DNA of 63,967 nucleotides, filler included, from an uncultured Methanosarcinales archaeon (GTDB lineage: Archaea > Nanobdellota > Nanobdellia > Woesearchaeales > CALCXY01): NCBI GenBank assembly GCA_964385185.1. It is 7 parts of 7 records of this genome, joined end to end, with 100 filler letters (N's around TTAATTAATTAA, not from the genome) between each part and the next. Parts side by side here need not be neighbours in the genome. Positions count along the whole stretch, not along the records: positions 10,822 to 21,091 come from CAYLOA010000032.1; positions 21,192 to 31,393 come from CAYLOA010000033.1; 5 more parts are not named here. The stretch is one strand, 5' to 3'. The notes under the pieces are model-generated. The model worked only from the letters and a program-made list of their open reading frames with translations. It had not been told where the DNA came from and ran no database searches. How positions within the stretch are numbered: the first letter of the stretch is position 1; each line of letters begins with the position of its first letter. A program made the position numbers and the translations under genes. This document shows positions 17,824-29,080 of the stretch, piece by piece.

Positions 17824-20800
17824 GAAGTTTTTTCTGGAGAAGTTGTCCATTTATCCAAACCTTCTTGCTTTTCTTTCTCCTTTCCAAAGACACTTTCAAT
17901 TCTATCTTTAGTAAGTTCTAGTGTTTGTTTTAAGTAAGGACTCAATCCATATTTTTCAACAAGATCCAAACTAAAAGTGAGATACTTAACCACACTCCCC
18001 TGGGAAATAGTAAAAATAACCCTTCCGTAACAATTAGGACAGTTACCTTTCAAAGGAGGTCTCCGTAATATTTCATTGCATTTAACACATCTAAAATTTT
18101 GAGTAGAAAATTTTCGTAAATTTCCTTTAATATCCTTCATAAAGTGTTTTCCAATAACTAAATCTGCTACATCTGATGTTTGAACTGCCCGGATCTTCTC
18201 TGCTAAAACCATTTGTCCATCTAACTTATCCTTCATACTAGGAAGAGTTTTATACGCCGAACATCGAACTCCAGAATTTAAATTTCCAGATTCATGGGTA
18301 TATCCAAACCCCCAACATTCTTTTCCCTCTTTGAGGTATTGAGAAACTTGACTAATGGGTACATCCCAAGGATTTTTGTAATCCAAACTCTGCTCGTACA
18401 GTTCCAGAGGATATTTCCAGCCCACATCGAGATCAAACACCATATCATCTACTTCTGCAGGGTCTACAGTTGCAGTCAATATAAGAGGGGCATCTTGAGT
18501 ACTTCCTCTATGAGCAGGTAAATAATGCTTAGAAAAATTAACGAGTCCATCAAGCAACAAAATCACGCAAGATTCATCTCCATCACAATCCCTTCTGGTA
18601 GCTGCATGCAACATAGGATGAGCAAATAATCCTTGTGTTTTACTAAATCCAATAATCCTACAAACAATGGCTGCCGAAGTGTGTGGAGCTATAACCATTC
18701 CAAGATGTCCTACCAAATCTTCTTTTTTCTTCAGTTTGTAATAATGGGGTAAACCATACACTTTTTCCAACAAGTCATCCATAAAATTAGCAACATTAAA
18801 CAACACCTCATCAGCACCAGGATCAGGAGATTCTGGACAAGCAGGTAAAATGACATCCTGAGATCGAAGTTCTAACACTTGATTTTCATCAACCAAAGAC
18901 TTGCCATGCACATCTACAGTATATCCCAATTCATTCAACTTCTCAATTCCCACACCAATCTCTATAGGTTTAAATTGGGTAATAGGGACTTGAGTCATAT
19001 CATATCGAGTGGTCCCATCTTTATTGACATAAATTTGATGTTTAGCACGTAAAATACCTTTAGACAAATATTCAGGCATATGATCTCGGTTTGAAGTTCC
19101 CCTCACCCCTTTAATAAGATCTGAATGATTATCCATTTTCATTTTCTTCCTACATGCATAAAAATACTCATGGAGATTGACTTTTTGCAATTTAAAGGTC
19201 ATAGCCTTCCCATGTTCACACTCTTCTTTCTCCAAACTTCCACATTGTCTACAAAAATACCGTTGCGTTGCAATCTCTCCACAATATACACAAACTCTGG
19301 CAATACTATCTTTTTTGCAAGTGTCACAAAAATAATAGGGAAACTCAGCATGAATACTACCTTTATCCAAAGCACTCTGGAAAGATCGCATCCTCCCTCC
19401 TGCTTCTCCAACAGGAAATAGAACTTGGGGGCTTCCCTTTAATTTTCTAATTTTGGCTTTCTCAGGCCTTCCCATCCTTGCACCAATAAATAACCCAGAT
19501 TTATCTCGTAATTTTAGCGGTGACCCTTTGATGGCTGCAGGCAAAGGCTCCCTAAGTTCAGCTAAGGTATCTTTATGGATATTCAACCCTAATTCCCCAA
19601 CAAAACCTTGAGCTTCCAAAGAATCTACATGAGGTGGAGATATAACCACAAACTCATTTTCAACAGTATGGGGAATACCTATAAGTTCCAATGATCTTTT
19701 TTCTCTATCTATAGGCAAAACCAATCGTTTTCCCCCTTCCTGAATTATTTTCCCTTTATACAACCAATTGAGTAATTGAGAATATTGATCTAATGTAAGA
19801 GCTTTCCAATGATAACAGTAGTTTGGATGTAATGGCACCTCTAAATCTTTACTTAATTGCATAGCTTCCTCTATGGTGGGATCTTCCCTAAGACCTAAAA
19901 CAGGCTTATTTCGAGAATGCTCTGGAGTAGCAGAAATAATTCCTCCTTTCAATTTCTCAGCTGCATCTACTTCTCTTTGCCACCATTCATTACAATAACC
20001 AGGAGGTACCAACATATGGGCTCGATTAAAAAAATCTCCATAACTCACTAACATATCTCCTAAAAACAATATCTCCTCTACTTTAGGTGCCACCTCTCGA
20101 GCAAGTTCTTCAGTATCCACCTTCACTACAGTTCCGTTTTTAAGTTTTACAATCGGCCCCTCAATGGAATCACAACTCGTAATAACTGCTGCCTTTCCAG
20201 GCCGCTCCAATTTCAACTGTGTTCCTATAGCAATATAGTCATCCAAAACTACCATGGTTGCAGGGTGTAAACTTACCGCACTATATCCATTCACCCTACT
20301 TTTACCATATCGTAATCTAAATCCTCCCATCTCTAATGGATGAGTCAAAACAGGCCTCCCAGCAACTAAATCTTTAATGAAAGTAGTATCAGGTTTAACT
20401 CCCACAAAATCTTCATCTTTATCTTTCCCCGCCTTCATTTTCTTTTGGAGAACCAAAAACTCCTCTAAAAATTTCCAATGTCCTAAATCAAACTCTTCTC
20501 CCCATTGAGATAATTGTTTCCACAGTTTAGGTGCCTTTTGTGCAATACCTTCTCCCATAACCAAACAAATTCCATTTCGTATTCTATTGGTTTCAATCCG
20601 ATCTAAATCTTTGTAATTACTGACTTCAATCTTCTCACTGGGATCTCCATCAATCTGTACGGGGATATGTGCAGCCAAAAATCCAATCTCCTCAGGAGAA
20701 GGAAGATATTGTAAGTTAGTAATTCTCTCATGATAATCATACAACTCGGTAACAAATCTTTTTTGCTCATTTTCAGTAGGATCATACTCTGCATACCCCA

Positions 20801-21091
20801 TTTTCTTCCGCACATAATCAGCAATAAGCACACTCACAGAAGCTCCGGTCCCTCCTGCACTCCGAATCGGACCAGAAAAGTAAAGAGCAAAGTATTCTCC
20901 TTTACCATCCTTCCGTGGCCTAATTTGCAAATTTACAAAGCCTTCCAAAGGACTTGCAACCGTTCCCATAGTAATATAAGCAATCCCTACCCGAATACCA
21001 ATAATCATAGCTTCCAATTTGGTTTCAAAAGGACAGAACTTCATCTGGGCAATTTCAAGAGCTATAGTTAAACTAATTCTCCAGTCTAAAC
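17820..21091 (-). CDS. polC: DNA polymerase D large subunit DP2, 5'-truncated by contig end
   Basis: GPIRSAGGT, GGFRLRYG, RMGRPEKA, RRDCDGDE, C-terminal zinc finger; no intein-sized insertion seen. Confidence 0.97.
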
Positions 21092-21191
21092 NNNNNNNNN
21101 NNNNNNNNNNNNNNNNNNNNNNNNNNNNNNNNNNNTTAATTAATTAANNNNNNNNNNNNNNNNNNNNNNNNNNNNNNNNNNNNNNNNNNNN
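21092..21191. other. Artificial contig linker
   Basis: N-run with TTAATTAATTAA. Confidence 0.99.
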
Positions 21192-23559
21192 TCCAATATA
21201 TTGTGTCGACAAGAGAGTTGTTGTTTGTATCTTGGTAACTGATAATTTTTGTTGGTATTCTTGTGTTGTTGATAATATGGAAGAGTGAGACTGCTCCTGG
21301 GCTAGATTCTGGGATAGATGTGAAGGCTGTGATGTTTGTGTAGTGGATATCTGAGCTTATAGTAATGCTTTTCCCTTTCTCAGTTGGTGATTCAAATGCT
21401 GAAGGGCCTGGGGTGTAGTATTCAATTACTAATTCTTCTACAAGGTCTTCAACAATAATTGTAGTATTTGGAGCTGATTCAATTTCTTGAGGTAATCCAA
21501 TAACAGCTCCTGTAATTTGTGCGTTGAATCTTATGAATAACCACTCAAAGAATCGCGTTATGTAACCTTTACTTCCTGTATCTAGAATAACTGCTCCTGT
21601 AATTGAGTCTCGTTGTTCTACTAATCCTATAATTTCTCTGTTTGTATTTCTTAGAGCAGTTTTATCTGTAATGAGTGTTCGTTTTTTGGAGATGAGTTCT
21701 TGGATATCTTTGTCAACTTCTTCAACCTGTTTTACAATTTCATATTCTTTGAGGGTTTGTGTTGTGTCTTTGTATGCTACTTTGATATTTGAAGAAGGTA
21801 CTATGTATGGATCATTATCTTCTATTGAGATTACAGTGATGTTGCTTGATTCACTTGCTAGTACAATGCTGACATTATCTTCTAGTCTGTTTAATTTGAT
21901 GTTTTTAGCCCATCTTACTGGTTGTCCTAATGTAACTCCAGAAATTTGAGTGATTGATTCATCTGCTTCTATTTCTGGTTGGATATGTATTGTGAATAAG
22001 TTTGATGTGGAGATTGCTGACGAATCATTTGCCGTTAAGAATGTAAATTCTATTCCTGTGTAGTTATCTATGGATGCAATGTATGCTGTGTTATTTTCAA
22101 ATGTAATGATGATATGTTCCAAGGTATTATATGAATAGTTGAGTTGTGTTGTGTCTCTATCTTCTACAAATTGTGTTAAGTCTAATGAAATGTTTTGGCC
22201 TGGAGTGAGCTTAATGGTTGGGATTTCTTTTTGGAATGTTGGAGGGAAGGTGAGGACTGTCTTAGGAGTTCTTGAGGTAAATTCTAAGGAATCTATTGTA
22301 AGAGATGCGTTTTCTAGTTCTATGATAAGTTTTATCCCTTCATGAAGTGTATTCATAAGGCAAGATTCTTGACATTCATTAGTAAATTCAATTTTTGTAT
22401 CTTGGAATGTGGCTGGAAGGCTATCCCATTCGGATGCTATGACTTCAGTTGGAATATTCAATGAAGTGGAGATATCTGCATAGAGAACTCTTGCTGCTAC
22501 TGTGTTATCTGTTGTGGAATCATACAATCCTTCATAGAGTAAGAGTGGTTCATTCCATACCTCATGAGATGGTGCTAAATCTACTAAGCTGCAACATACT
22601 GATGATCCTGTACAGAATAATGTGGAACTACCTGAGAGTTCATCTATTACTTCCCATTCTGCACAGATATTTTCCTCAGTAACATTCCAATTGAATGTTG
22701 AGGTGGCAAGAGTGAAGTCTATGATGTCATCATGGCTTGTCTTACCGTCATTATCATTATCATACGGTGTGTCTTCTTGGTAGGTAAGATGTGCAGTAAT
22801 TTGTTTGGTGGAAATATCTGTAGTTTCAATTATTGGAGGGCCCGGTACTGAAGGAAGGGAAATATCTGTAGTAGACTCTGAGCCTATTTCCATTACTTTT
22901 ATTTTCGTGTTATTGTGTTCAATATAGACGGTAGCTGAGCCTTCTCCTAACAATGTTCCTGAGATGGAAAGTGAGGTGATATTGATGAGTTGATCTAGAG
23001 ATATTTCATCAGAGGTATTGAAAGTGGCATTTAGGGAGAGTAATTGAGATTTTTCTTCATAGACGGTAAATCCTGTTATGGATTCCTGGGATGTTATGAA
23101 GAATCCTCCTGTTACTAACAAGAGAAGGACAATTGCAGTAATTCCATGTTGTGTTAGGTTAGGGTGTTTGATATTTGCCAGATCAAGAGATAGTTTAGCT
23201 TTTTCGGAAGTAGATTTTATTTTTTCTTTTATCTTGTAATCTGTTTGTAACGGTGTGGCTATTTTAATCTCCAAGGCTAATGATCTTAGAGTTTTCCCTA
23301 TTGCTTCTTTCTCTAGTTTGTCTTTCCACGACTTTTGTTTCTTTTCGAGTAGTTTGTATACTCTCTTGGCTCGGTTTAGTTTTCCTTGTATGAGAAGATC
23401 TCTACACTTGAACGTCAGGTGGAGAACTCTCTCATAGTTCCATGGATTGAATATTTTCCATAGCATTCTTCCTATGATTCCAACAGCTAGTAGGATTGCA
23501 AGAGTCATCACTAGGGTAGACTCTCCCATGCTTGCCATACTAGATAGGTTCAAACTCAT
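21192..23559 (-). CDS. Giant secreted/surface protein, 3'-truncated; paralog of 1-3372
   Basis: Two N-terminal TM segments, ITGF motif, Thr/Asn/acidic beta-rich domains, shared motifs with 1-3372. Confidence 0.85.
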
Positions 23560-24044
23560 TTGTTTGGCCTCCTAGCTCTGTTGTATACCGTCCATAGTGT
23601 TTTGTTGGATCTATCCAACAGCTGTCCTATTTGTTTGAAAGAAAGGTGGTGCCGGTCTTTCAGAAAAATGGTGACAGCTGTTAAGACAGAGTCCTGTTTT
23701 GCAATTATGCTGAGTGGGATGTAGAATTGAGTTTGTTTTGGTGTAATTGGTGTGGGGTGTTTCGTTTTAGCATGTGAATAGGTAAGCCAAATATTTCGGT
23801 AGGATTTGTTTAATTTGGTGGCGATTTTTCTAAAAGAGAATTGTTTATTCTCGTGGAGAAATTTGACTAAAGCTTCAAAACAACTCAGTTTTTTAGAGAA
23901 AATAGATGTCGGTATTAAGTCTTCTGTTGCTTGAACGAATTGTTCAATTTGGGAGGTGTTTAGAGAATGTAAGAGCGATAGAGCTAGCTCTTCTTTTGAA
24001 TTCTTAGCTCTACTAGCTGAAAAAGACTTCTTTACCGACACCAA
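23556..24044 (-). CDS. Tandem HTH putative regulator; paralog of 3369-3845
   Basis: Same duplicated IPxSI...IxxxLNK/DR..IW/LWTVYxRA motif; ATGA overlap with the giant gene. Confidence 0.7.
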   Translation of the reverse strand: MVSVKKSFSASRAKNSKEELALSLLHSLNTSQIEQFVQATEDLIPTSIFSKKLSCFEALVKFLHENKQFSFRKIATKLNKSYRNIWLTYSHAKTKHPTPITPKQTQFYIPLSIIAKQDSVLTAVTIFLKDRHHLSFKQIGQLLDRSNKTLWTVYNRARRPNK

Positions 24045-24206
24045 TGTAGATTTTGGTAGTCATCATATATAAGATTAACTAATAATGTAGGAATATAATA
24101 TAATTATGTAGGAAATATAAAGGAATCGGAGGTGGAATATTTTTTGGGTTTGAGCATACATTTGGCTAGAATGAAGGGAAAATTAAGTTGAAGATATTAG
24201 AATTAA

Positions 24207-25454
24207 TTATTTTTGGATTGTTTTTTCTTTTCTTTTTTTATTTTTTCCAAGTATTTTTCTCCCTCTTTTTCTCTTTTTCCTGGCATAATGGAAATAGCTT
24301 AGTGCTCCTATGGTTATTAAAGTTAAAAGAATAGCTCTTGTAACTGCATCTTCTTTTAATTTAATACCCATTCTTTTTATTCCATTCAAACCTTTACCCA
24401 CTAATCCTGCCATATTGGTTCTTATTTTTGAAATAAGCCATTTACTAAATGTTTTTGCCGCTTTTTCTATTGATGGTTCTTTTTCTATATCTTCATCATC
24501 TATTAGTGTATCTATAAGGTCAGTATCTTCAGTAGGTGTTGGAGTATCTAGTTTTCCATCTGGAGATGGTTTGGATGGGGCTCTAGATCTTCTTCTACCT
24601 TCATCATCTTTATCTTCCTCTTCCTCTTCTTCTGCAACAGGAGGGGTACCACAGTCTTCTGGACAACTTGTTTGACTTTCATTTGCTTGACACTGATTAT
24701 CTCCACAGATTCTTACTACAGAAAGATTATAGAGGACAAAGGTGCTCAATTGTAGATCTCTACATGATGAATTGTCCAAGATGGAGAGATTGATTTGATG
24801 GAGGCCTAGGTCATTTTCAGTAGGAGTAAAGCTAATATTTCCAGAAGTATTTGATTCGAACGTTGGGAGGGTTGTAACGTTAAATATACTTGTGTTATCA
24901 GAAATTGTTACATTTTGATTATCATCTTTTGCAGAACCACTCACATAGCATTGAAAGTAATTTCCTACACTGATGGAAGTGTTACAAGAGACGTTTAACT
25001 CTGGAACAGCATTGGTACATGTGCTAATTACTTCAAGAGTGAATGCTAGGGATGAAACTCCATTACTACAAGATCCATTTTCTGTTACGGTGAGTTTAAT
25101 GTCATGTAATCCGACATTATCTTCTGTTGCTAGGAATGATATATTTCCTGTTGTATTCGTGGTGAGGCTTGGGAAGGTTTGAATATTGAAAAGTGATGTG
25201 TTGTCTGAAAATGAGACATTTTGATCTAGATTTTTGGCACTTCCATTAATGGATAGACAATTGAAAGTTTTTGAGGCATTTATGGTGGTTTCACACGATT
25301 GATTGATTTCTGGTCTTGTATTAATACACATTGTTACTGCTCCAGAAGCTAATCCTGTCAATTCATCTATTTCTTTTGGAAATACATCTAGCCAAGAGAT
25401 CAATGTGAGGCTGAGTAGTAGTATAACTACTATTCTTATGTACGAATGCTTCAC
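24207..25454 (-). CDS. Membrane-anchored surface protein with two cadherin/Ig-like repeats
   Basis: N-terminal TM, duplicated QNVxxSDNTSxFN...GNISF unit, CGDNQC..E...CPEDC motif, C-terminal TM with basic tail. Confidence 0.75.
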   Translation of the reverse strand: MKHSYIRIVVILLLSLTLISWLDVFPKEIDELTGLASGAVTMCINTRPEINQSCETTINASKTFNCLSINGSAKNLDQNVSFSDNTSLFNIQTFPSLTTNTTGNISFLATEDNVGLHDIKLTVTENGSCSNGVSSLAFTLEVISTCTNAVPELNVSCNTSISVGNYFQCYVSGSAKDDNQNVTISDNTSIFNVTTLPTFESNTSGNISFTPTENDLGLHQINLSILDNSSCRDLQLSTFVLYNLSVVRICGDNQCQANESQTSCPEDCGTPPVAEEEEEEDKDDEGRRRSRAPSKPSPDGKLDTPTPTEDTDLIDTLIDDEDIEKEPSIEKAAKTFSKWLISKIRTNMAGLVGKGLNGIKRMGIKLKEDAVTRAILLTLITIGALSYFHYARKKRKRGRKILGKNKKRKEKTIQK

Positions 25455-25600
25455 TTTTTTTCCCCTCTATACTTGAGGATCAAGTCTCTTATGGCTTCAC
25501 GTGCTATTTCAGTTTGGTTGGTAAAGAGTTCATCTTTGATGAGATTCATCATCTCTTTCTTTATTTTCTTTCCAACTCTGATATGTATTACGTTCGGCAT
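25451..25600 (-). CDS. Ribbon-helix-helix (CopG/Arc-like) regulator, 49 aa
   Basis: Below the ORF cutoff: MPNVIHIRVGKKIKKEMMNLIKDELFTNQTEIAREAIRDLILKYRGEKK; GTGA overlap with the next gene. Confidence 0.8.
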   Translation of the reverse strand: MPNVIHIRVGKKIKKEMMNLIKDELFTNQTEIAREAIRDLILKYRGEKK

Positions 25601-25607
25601 GTAATAG

Positions 25608-25686
25608 TGTATCATATTGATATCTATTTAAATGTTTCTTTCTTGATTATATTTTTATTTGTATCATAATGATATATTTGTATCAC
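25608..25686. promoter_or_regulatory. Repeated palindromic operator candidates between divergent transcription units
   Basis: TGTATCATATTGATAT (25608) and TGTATCATAATGATAT (25660) are 52 bp apart; half-site TGTATCAC at 25679. Confidence 0.6.
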
Positions 25687-25756
25687 CCAGAATGTGGGTT
25701 TATACCCTAGTCACGAAAACTTTATATACTCCAAATAGGAAAATACATGTAATACT

Positions 25757-25981
25757 ATGGAAGTGTCGAAAAAAGGGTTGACTTTACTTATTTTTGTTGT
25801 CATTTTTATAGCTCTAGGAAGCACATTGGTTCTTTTTAATAAAATTGCAGAATTAGATCCTCAAATGAGTGGTTTTCAAACAGGAACGGGCACAATACTT
25901 ACTGAATCGTCAGCTCAACCTATTTCAGCACATGCTACTGGGAGATTATTTGCAGAAGTTGCACCGAGGTCAGATACATAA
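25757..25981 (+). CDS. Small membrane-anchored protein
   Basis: TM helix followed by MSGFQTG; coupled to the next gene. Confidence 0.65.
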   Translation: MEVSKKGLTLLIFVVIFIALGSTLVLFNKIAELDPQMSGFQTGTGTILTESSAQPISAHATGRLFAEVAPRSDT

Positions 25982-26637
25982 TGGAATATTCAAATAATAA
26001 CTTGGCAATCTTGTTGGTTTTAACTGCTGTAGTTATTATTGTGGGTACCATTATCGGCCTTTATCGAATTGAGATGATAGATCAAGGGATGGGTGCAACT
26101 GGAGCTGTTACCGGTACCGTCGATATTACAGTGAGTAGTACTACTTATATTACTGTTAGTGGGAGTATTGATTTGGGTACTTTAACCCCTGGATCCTGGA
26201 ATGCTAGCGAAAATAGTAGTTTAGGGGGAAGCGCAGACCCTATGGCTGCATGGAACAATACTAATCTTACATCAAATTTTACAGTTCAAAATGATGGTTC
26301 CGTCCCTATTGATATTGAGATTTATGATGAGAATCAAACTTCAGCTACTGCTGGAAAAGGCTCATTTGCTGGTAGTTCTGGCTGTATAAGTTCTAATACT
26401 TGTTATTATGTACGATGTGCAACCGTTGAAGATAATGGAACTTCTGGAACTAAATGTGCTGATGCAAGAGGTATTTATACTGCAATGCCTGTAACTGCAG
26501 GGACTGTATTTGCTGAAAGTGTTAATTATACAGATTCAAAAGATCAAGCATTTTTCCTGATAAATTTGACTATTCCAGATGATGAGGCAGCGATCAATAT
26601 TACTCAAAGTATTACGTTTGCAGCATCTGCATCATAA
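25981..26637 (+). CDS. Secreted beta-sandwich subunit (fibre/S-layer-like), paralog 1
   Basis: NNxLAxL TM, ATGAVTG, LGTLTPGSWN, FTVQNDGS, C-terminal ITFAA strand. Confidence 0.7.
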   Translation: MEYSNNNLAILLVLTAVVIIVGTIIGLYRIEMIDQGMGATGAVTGTVDITVSSTTYITVSGSIDLGTLTPGSWNASENSSLGGSADPMAAWNNTNLTSNFTVQNDGSVPIDIEIYDENQTSATAGKGSFAGSSGCISSNTCYYVRCATVEDNGTSGTKCADARGIYTAMPVTAGTVFAESVNYTDSKDQAFFLINLTIPDDEAAINITQSITFAASAS

Positions 26638-26650
26638 GAGGACAAAAAAC

Positions 26651-27334
26651 ATGAAAGAAATCACAAACAATCACCTGGCATTTTTAGTAGTTGTAGGAAT
26701 AGCTGTAGTTTTTGTAGGAATGTTCTTTAGTTTATCAAAAATAACAGAGATTGAAGACGGGATGACTATTACTGGGATGCTTTCTACTAACAGTACAGGT
26801 CTCGGTACTTTGACAGCTGAAGTTCAAGCTTCAACTCAAATTTCTGTTCCTCTCTCTACTGTAGCTCTTGGTTCTTTAGAACCTGGGACTTGGAATTCAA
26901 GTGAAAATGCTTCTCTTACTCATGGAGGAGGTTCTACCATGGATGGTTGGAATAACACTAATGTAACTTCTAACTTTACAGTTCAAAATGATGGATCTAC
27001 TCTTGTAGATATTGAAATATATGATACGGGTCAATCAGCTGCAGGTATGGGACCCTTTACTGGGACTACAGGTTGCGCAGCAGATAATACCTGTTTTTAT
27101 GTGCGATGTAGCTGGGTTGATAGTAAAAATACCACTGGGGGAGACTGTACCGACTCTGCAAATCAGGCATACGCAGTTCTTCCTGATGCAGCAGGAACTG
27201 CATTCGCTAGTAATTTGAATTTCAGTGATACTAATGATCAAGCCTACTTTTTGATCAATGCAACAGTTCCAGAGGATGAGCGTGCAGGAGATCTGACAGA
27301 GACGATTACATTCGCTGCTGTGGTTTCTGGTTAG
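26651..27334 (+). CDS. Secreted beta-sandwich subunit, paralog 2
   Basis: Start MKEITNN at 26651; clearly paralogous to 25981-26637 (SNFTVQNDGS, DIEIYD, DQAxFLIN, ITFAA). Confidence 0.7.
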   Translation: MKEITNNHLAFLVVVGIAVVFVGMFFSLSKITEIEDGMTITGMLSTNSTGLGTLTAEVQASTQISVPLSTVALGSLEPGTWNSSENASLTHGGGSTMDGWNNTNVTSNFTVQNDGSTLVDIEIYDTGQSAAGMGPFTGTTGCAADNTCFYVRCSWVDSKNTTGGDCTDSANQAYAVLPDAAGTAFASNLNFSDTNDQAYFLINATVPEDERAGDLTETITFAAVVSG

Positions 27335-27384
27335 AGGTATTGTAGCTCGGAACATTTAAATATTAAGAATCTAGAGGTATAACT

Positions 27385-28608
27385 ATGCGAATTTCATCAT
27401 CAGTGAGGATTTGTTTACTCTTTCTGCTGTTGGTGGTTTTTGTTCCTAGTGTTTTGGGGATTGCTCGGATTGGGGTAACTCCTCCTTTGGTAAATATTAA
27501 TTATGGAGATGAAATCTCTAAAGAACGTTCGTTTACTATTTTGCCCGATGGGAAGGATTATGTTAAATTATTTGCATTAAGTGATCTTAAAGAAGTTCCT
27601 GTAGTATTTCATGGAATTGAAAACCCTGGTTTTGTTGTTTTGAGTGGACGTACAGAGATTTTTTATCATCTTGATCTTTCTGATAACGATTTAACTCCTG
27701 GAGAACATAAGATAAAGATATACATCCAGCAAATTGACCCTCCTCTTGAGTCAGGTGAGAGTCGTCCTGCAGGTATAATTGCTCGAGCAGCCGTGGTTCA
27801 TGTTGTAAAGTTATTTGTACCTCATAATGGTCCTTTTTTACAGATGGATTTCAATCAAATTGGGAGTGTAGATGCTGGAGATCCTTTAGAAATGAATTTT
27901 AGACTCAGTAATCTTGGAAAAAGTGCAGTTGAGAATCTTGGATTGGATGTCTTATTATTAGATAAATCTGGGGCACAAGTGGGCTCAGTCTCAAAAGCAG
28001 GAATTTCATTGCCTTCTTTATCTGAGGACACTGTAGTGTTAACATGGCCTACTACAGGCCAGGAAATTGGTCAATATATAGCTAAGGCAACTGCACGATA
28101 TGATGACCAAATCAGAGAGAATGAGCAACAATTCTTGATTGGGGATATCCATGTAGAGATAGATAATGTTATCATTAATACTACGAAAAATGTGGGGAAA
28201 GTTACGGTTGAAATGACCTCCCAGTGGAATGAAGTTTTGGCAGATATTACTGCACGATTTGTTATTAAGGATAATCAAGGGAATGAAATTAAGACTGTTG
28301 AGAGTAGTCAATTTACTTTAAATCCTTGGGCTTCACATACAGTCGATCTTTTTTTTGAGCGTGATGATCTTGCCTATGGAGTCTATTTAGGAGAGGTTCA
28401 TGTATCCTATCTCGATAGAGTTTCTACTCGGATCCTGGAATTTTATAATGGGAAGGATTTTATACAAGAAAAACCTATTAGTTTTTTTACAGCTACTAAT
28501 TTTTTACTAACCGTGATCATATTATTATTGATGGGATTGATTGCCGTGGGTGGTTATTTTGTTATGTATTTACATCATCATGATACAAAAGGTAAGAGGA
28601 AGAAGTGA
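27385..28608 (+). CDS. Signal peptide + three Ig-like domains + C-terminal TM anchor
   Basis: IGVTPP after the signal peptide; paralog of 29081-30292. Confidence 0.7.
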   Translation: MRISSSVRICLLFLLLVVFVPSVLGIARIGVTPPLVNINYGDEISKERSFTILPDGKDYVKLFALSDLKEVPVVFHGIENPGFVVLSGRTEIFYHLDLSDNDLTPGEHKIKIYIQQIDPPLESGESRPAGIIARAAVVHVVKLFVPHNGPFLQMDFNQIGSVDAGDPLEMNFRLSNLGKSAVENLGLDVLLLDKSGAQVGSVSKAGISLPSLSEDTVVLTWPTTGQEIGQYIAKATARYDDQIRENEQQFLIGDIHVEIDNVIINTTKNVGKVTVEMTSQWNEVLADITARFVIKDNQGNEIKTVESSQFTLNPWASHTVDLFFERDDLAYGVYLGEVHVSYLDRVSTRILEFYNGKDFIQEKPISFFTATNFLLTVIILLLMGLIAVGGYFVMYLHHHDTKGKRKK

Positions 28609-28611
28609 CCT

Positions 28612-29028
28612 ATGAAAGCGGTAAAAATTTGTTTAATAGTATTGATTTTTTCTTTAATGGCACTCGGTTATGTATGGCATAGTTCTGCAGATTTAGTTCA
28701 AATTACTACTATAGTAACTGATGTCACTGTTACAGATAATCAAAGGAAAATTGCTTTTAATGTCGACACTGATGGACTTCATTTTGGTACTCTAGCTCAT
28801 AGAGGGTCTTCTGGTAAGGTTGTGGTTATCAATAATTCTGATGAATATTCCGTTGATGTTCATCTACAAGCAAAGGGACCCATTAAGAAAATGATTACCT
28901 TTGGCATAAATGATTTTGTTCTTGAACCACATACTTCTGAAAATGTGAGTGTGCAATTGAGTGTTCCATCGAAAGTAGATTTAGGAAGTTATAATGGAAG
29001 TGTGAAGGTCTATTTTAGGAAGCGTTAA
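28612..29028 (+). CDS. Small secreted Ig-like protein
   Basis: LHFGTL...GSYNGSVKV. Confidence 0.65.
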   Translation: MKAVKICLIVLIFSLMALGYVWHSSADLVQITTIVTDVTVTDNQRKIAFNVDTDGLHFGTLAHRGSSGKVVVINNSDEYSVDVHLQAKGPIKKMITFGINDFVLEPHTSENVSVQLSVPSKVDLGSYNGSVKVYFRKR

Positions 29029-29080
29029 ATCTTTTTATTTGATTCTTGAGTTATTATATTTAATCTAACTTTTTGTGTTT

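Noticed and set aside
17820..21091. Intein in PolD DP2 or in the RNR paralog
   Set aside because: No intein-sized insertion or splice-junction motifs at the conserved sites
24013..24066. 17-codon upstream ORF (MMTTKIYIGVGKEVFFS) overlapping the HTH gene start
   Set aside because: No counterpart at the paralogous locus; compatible with chance
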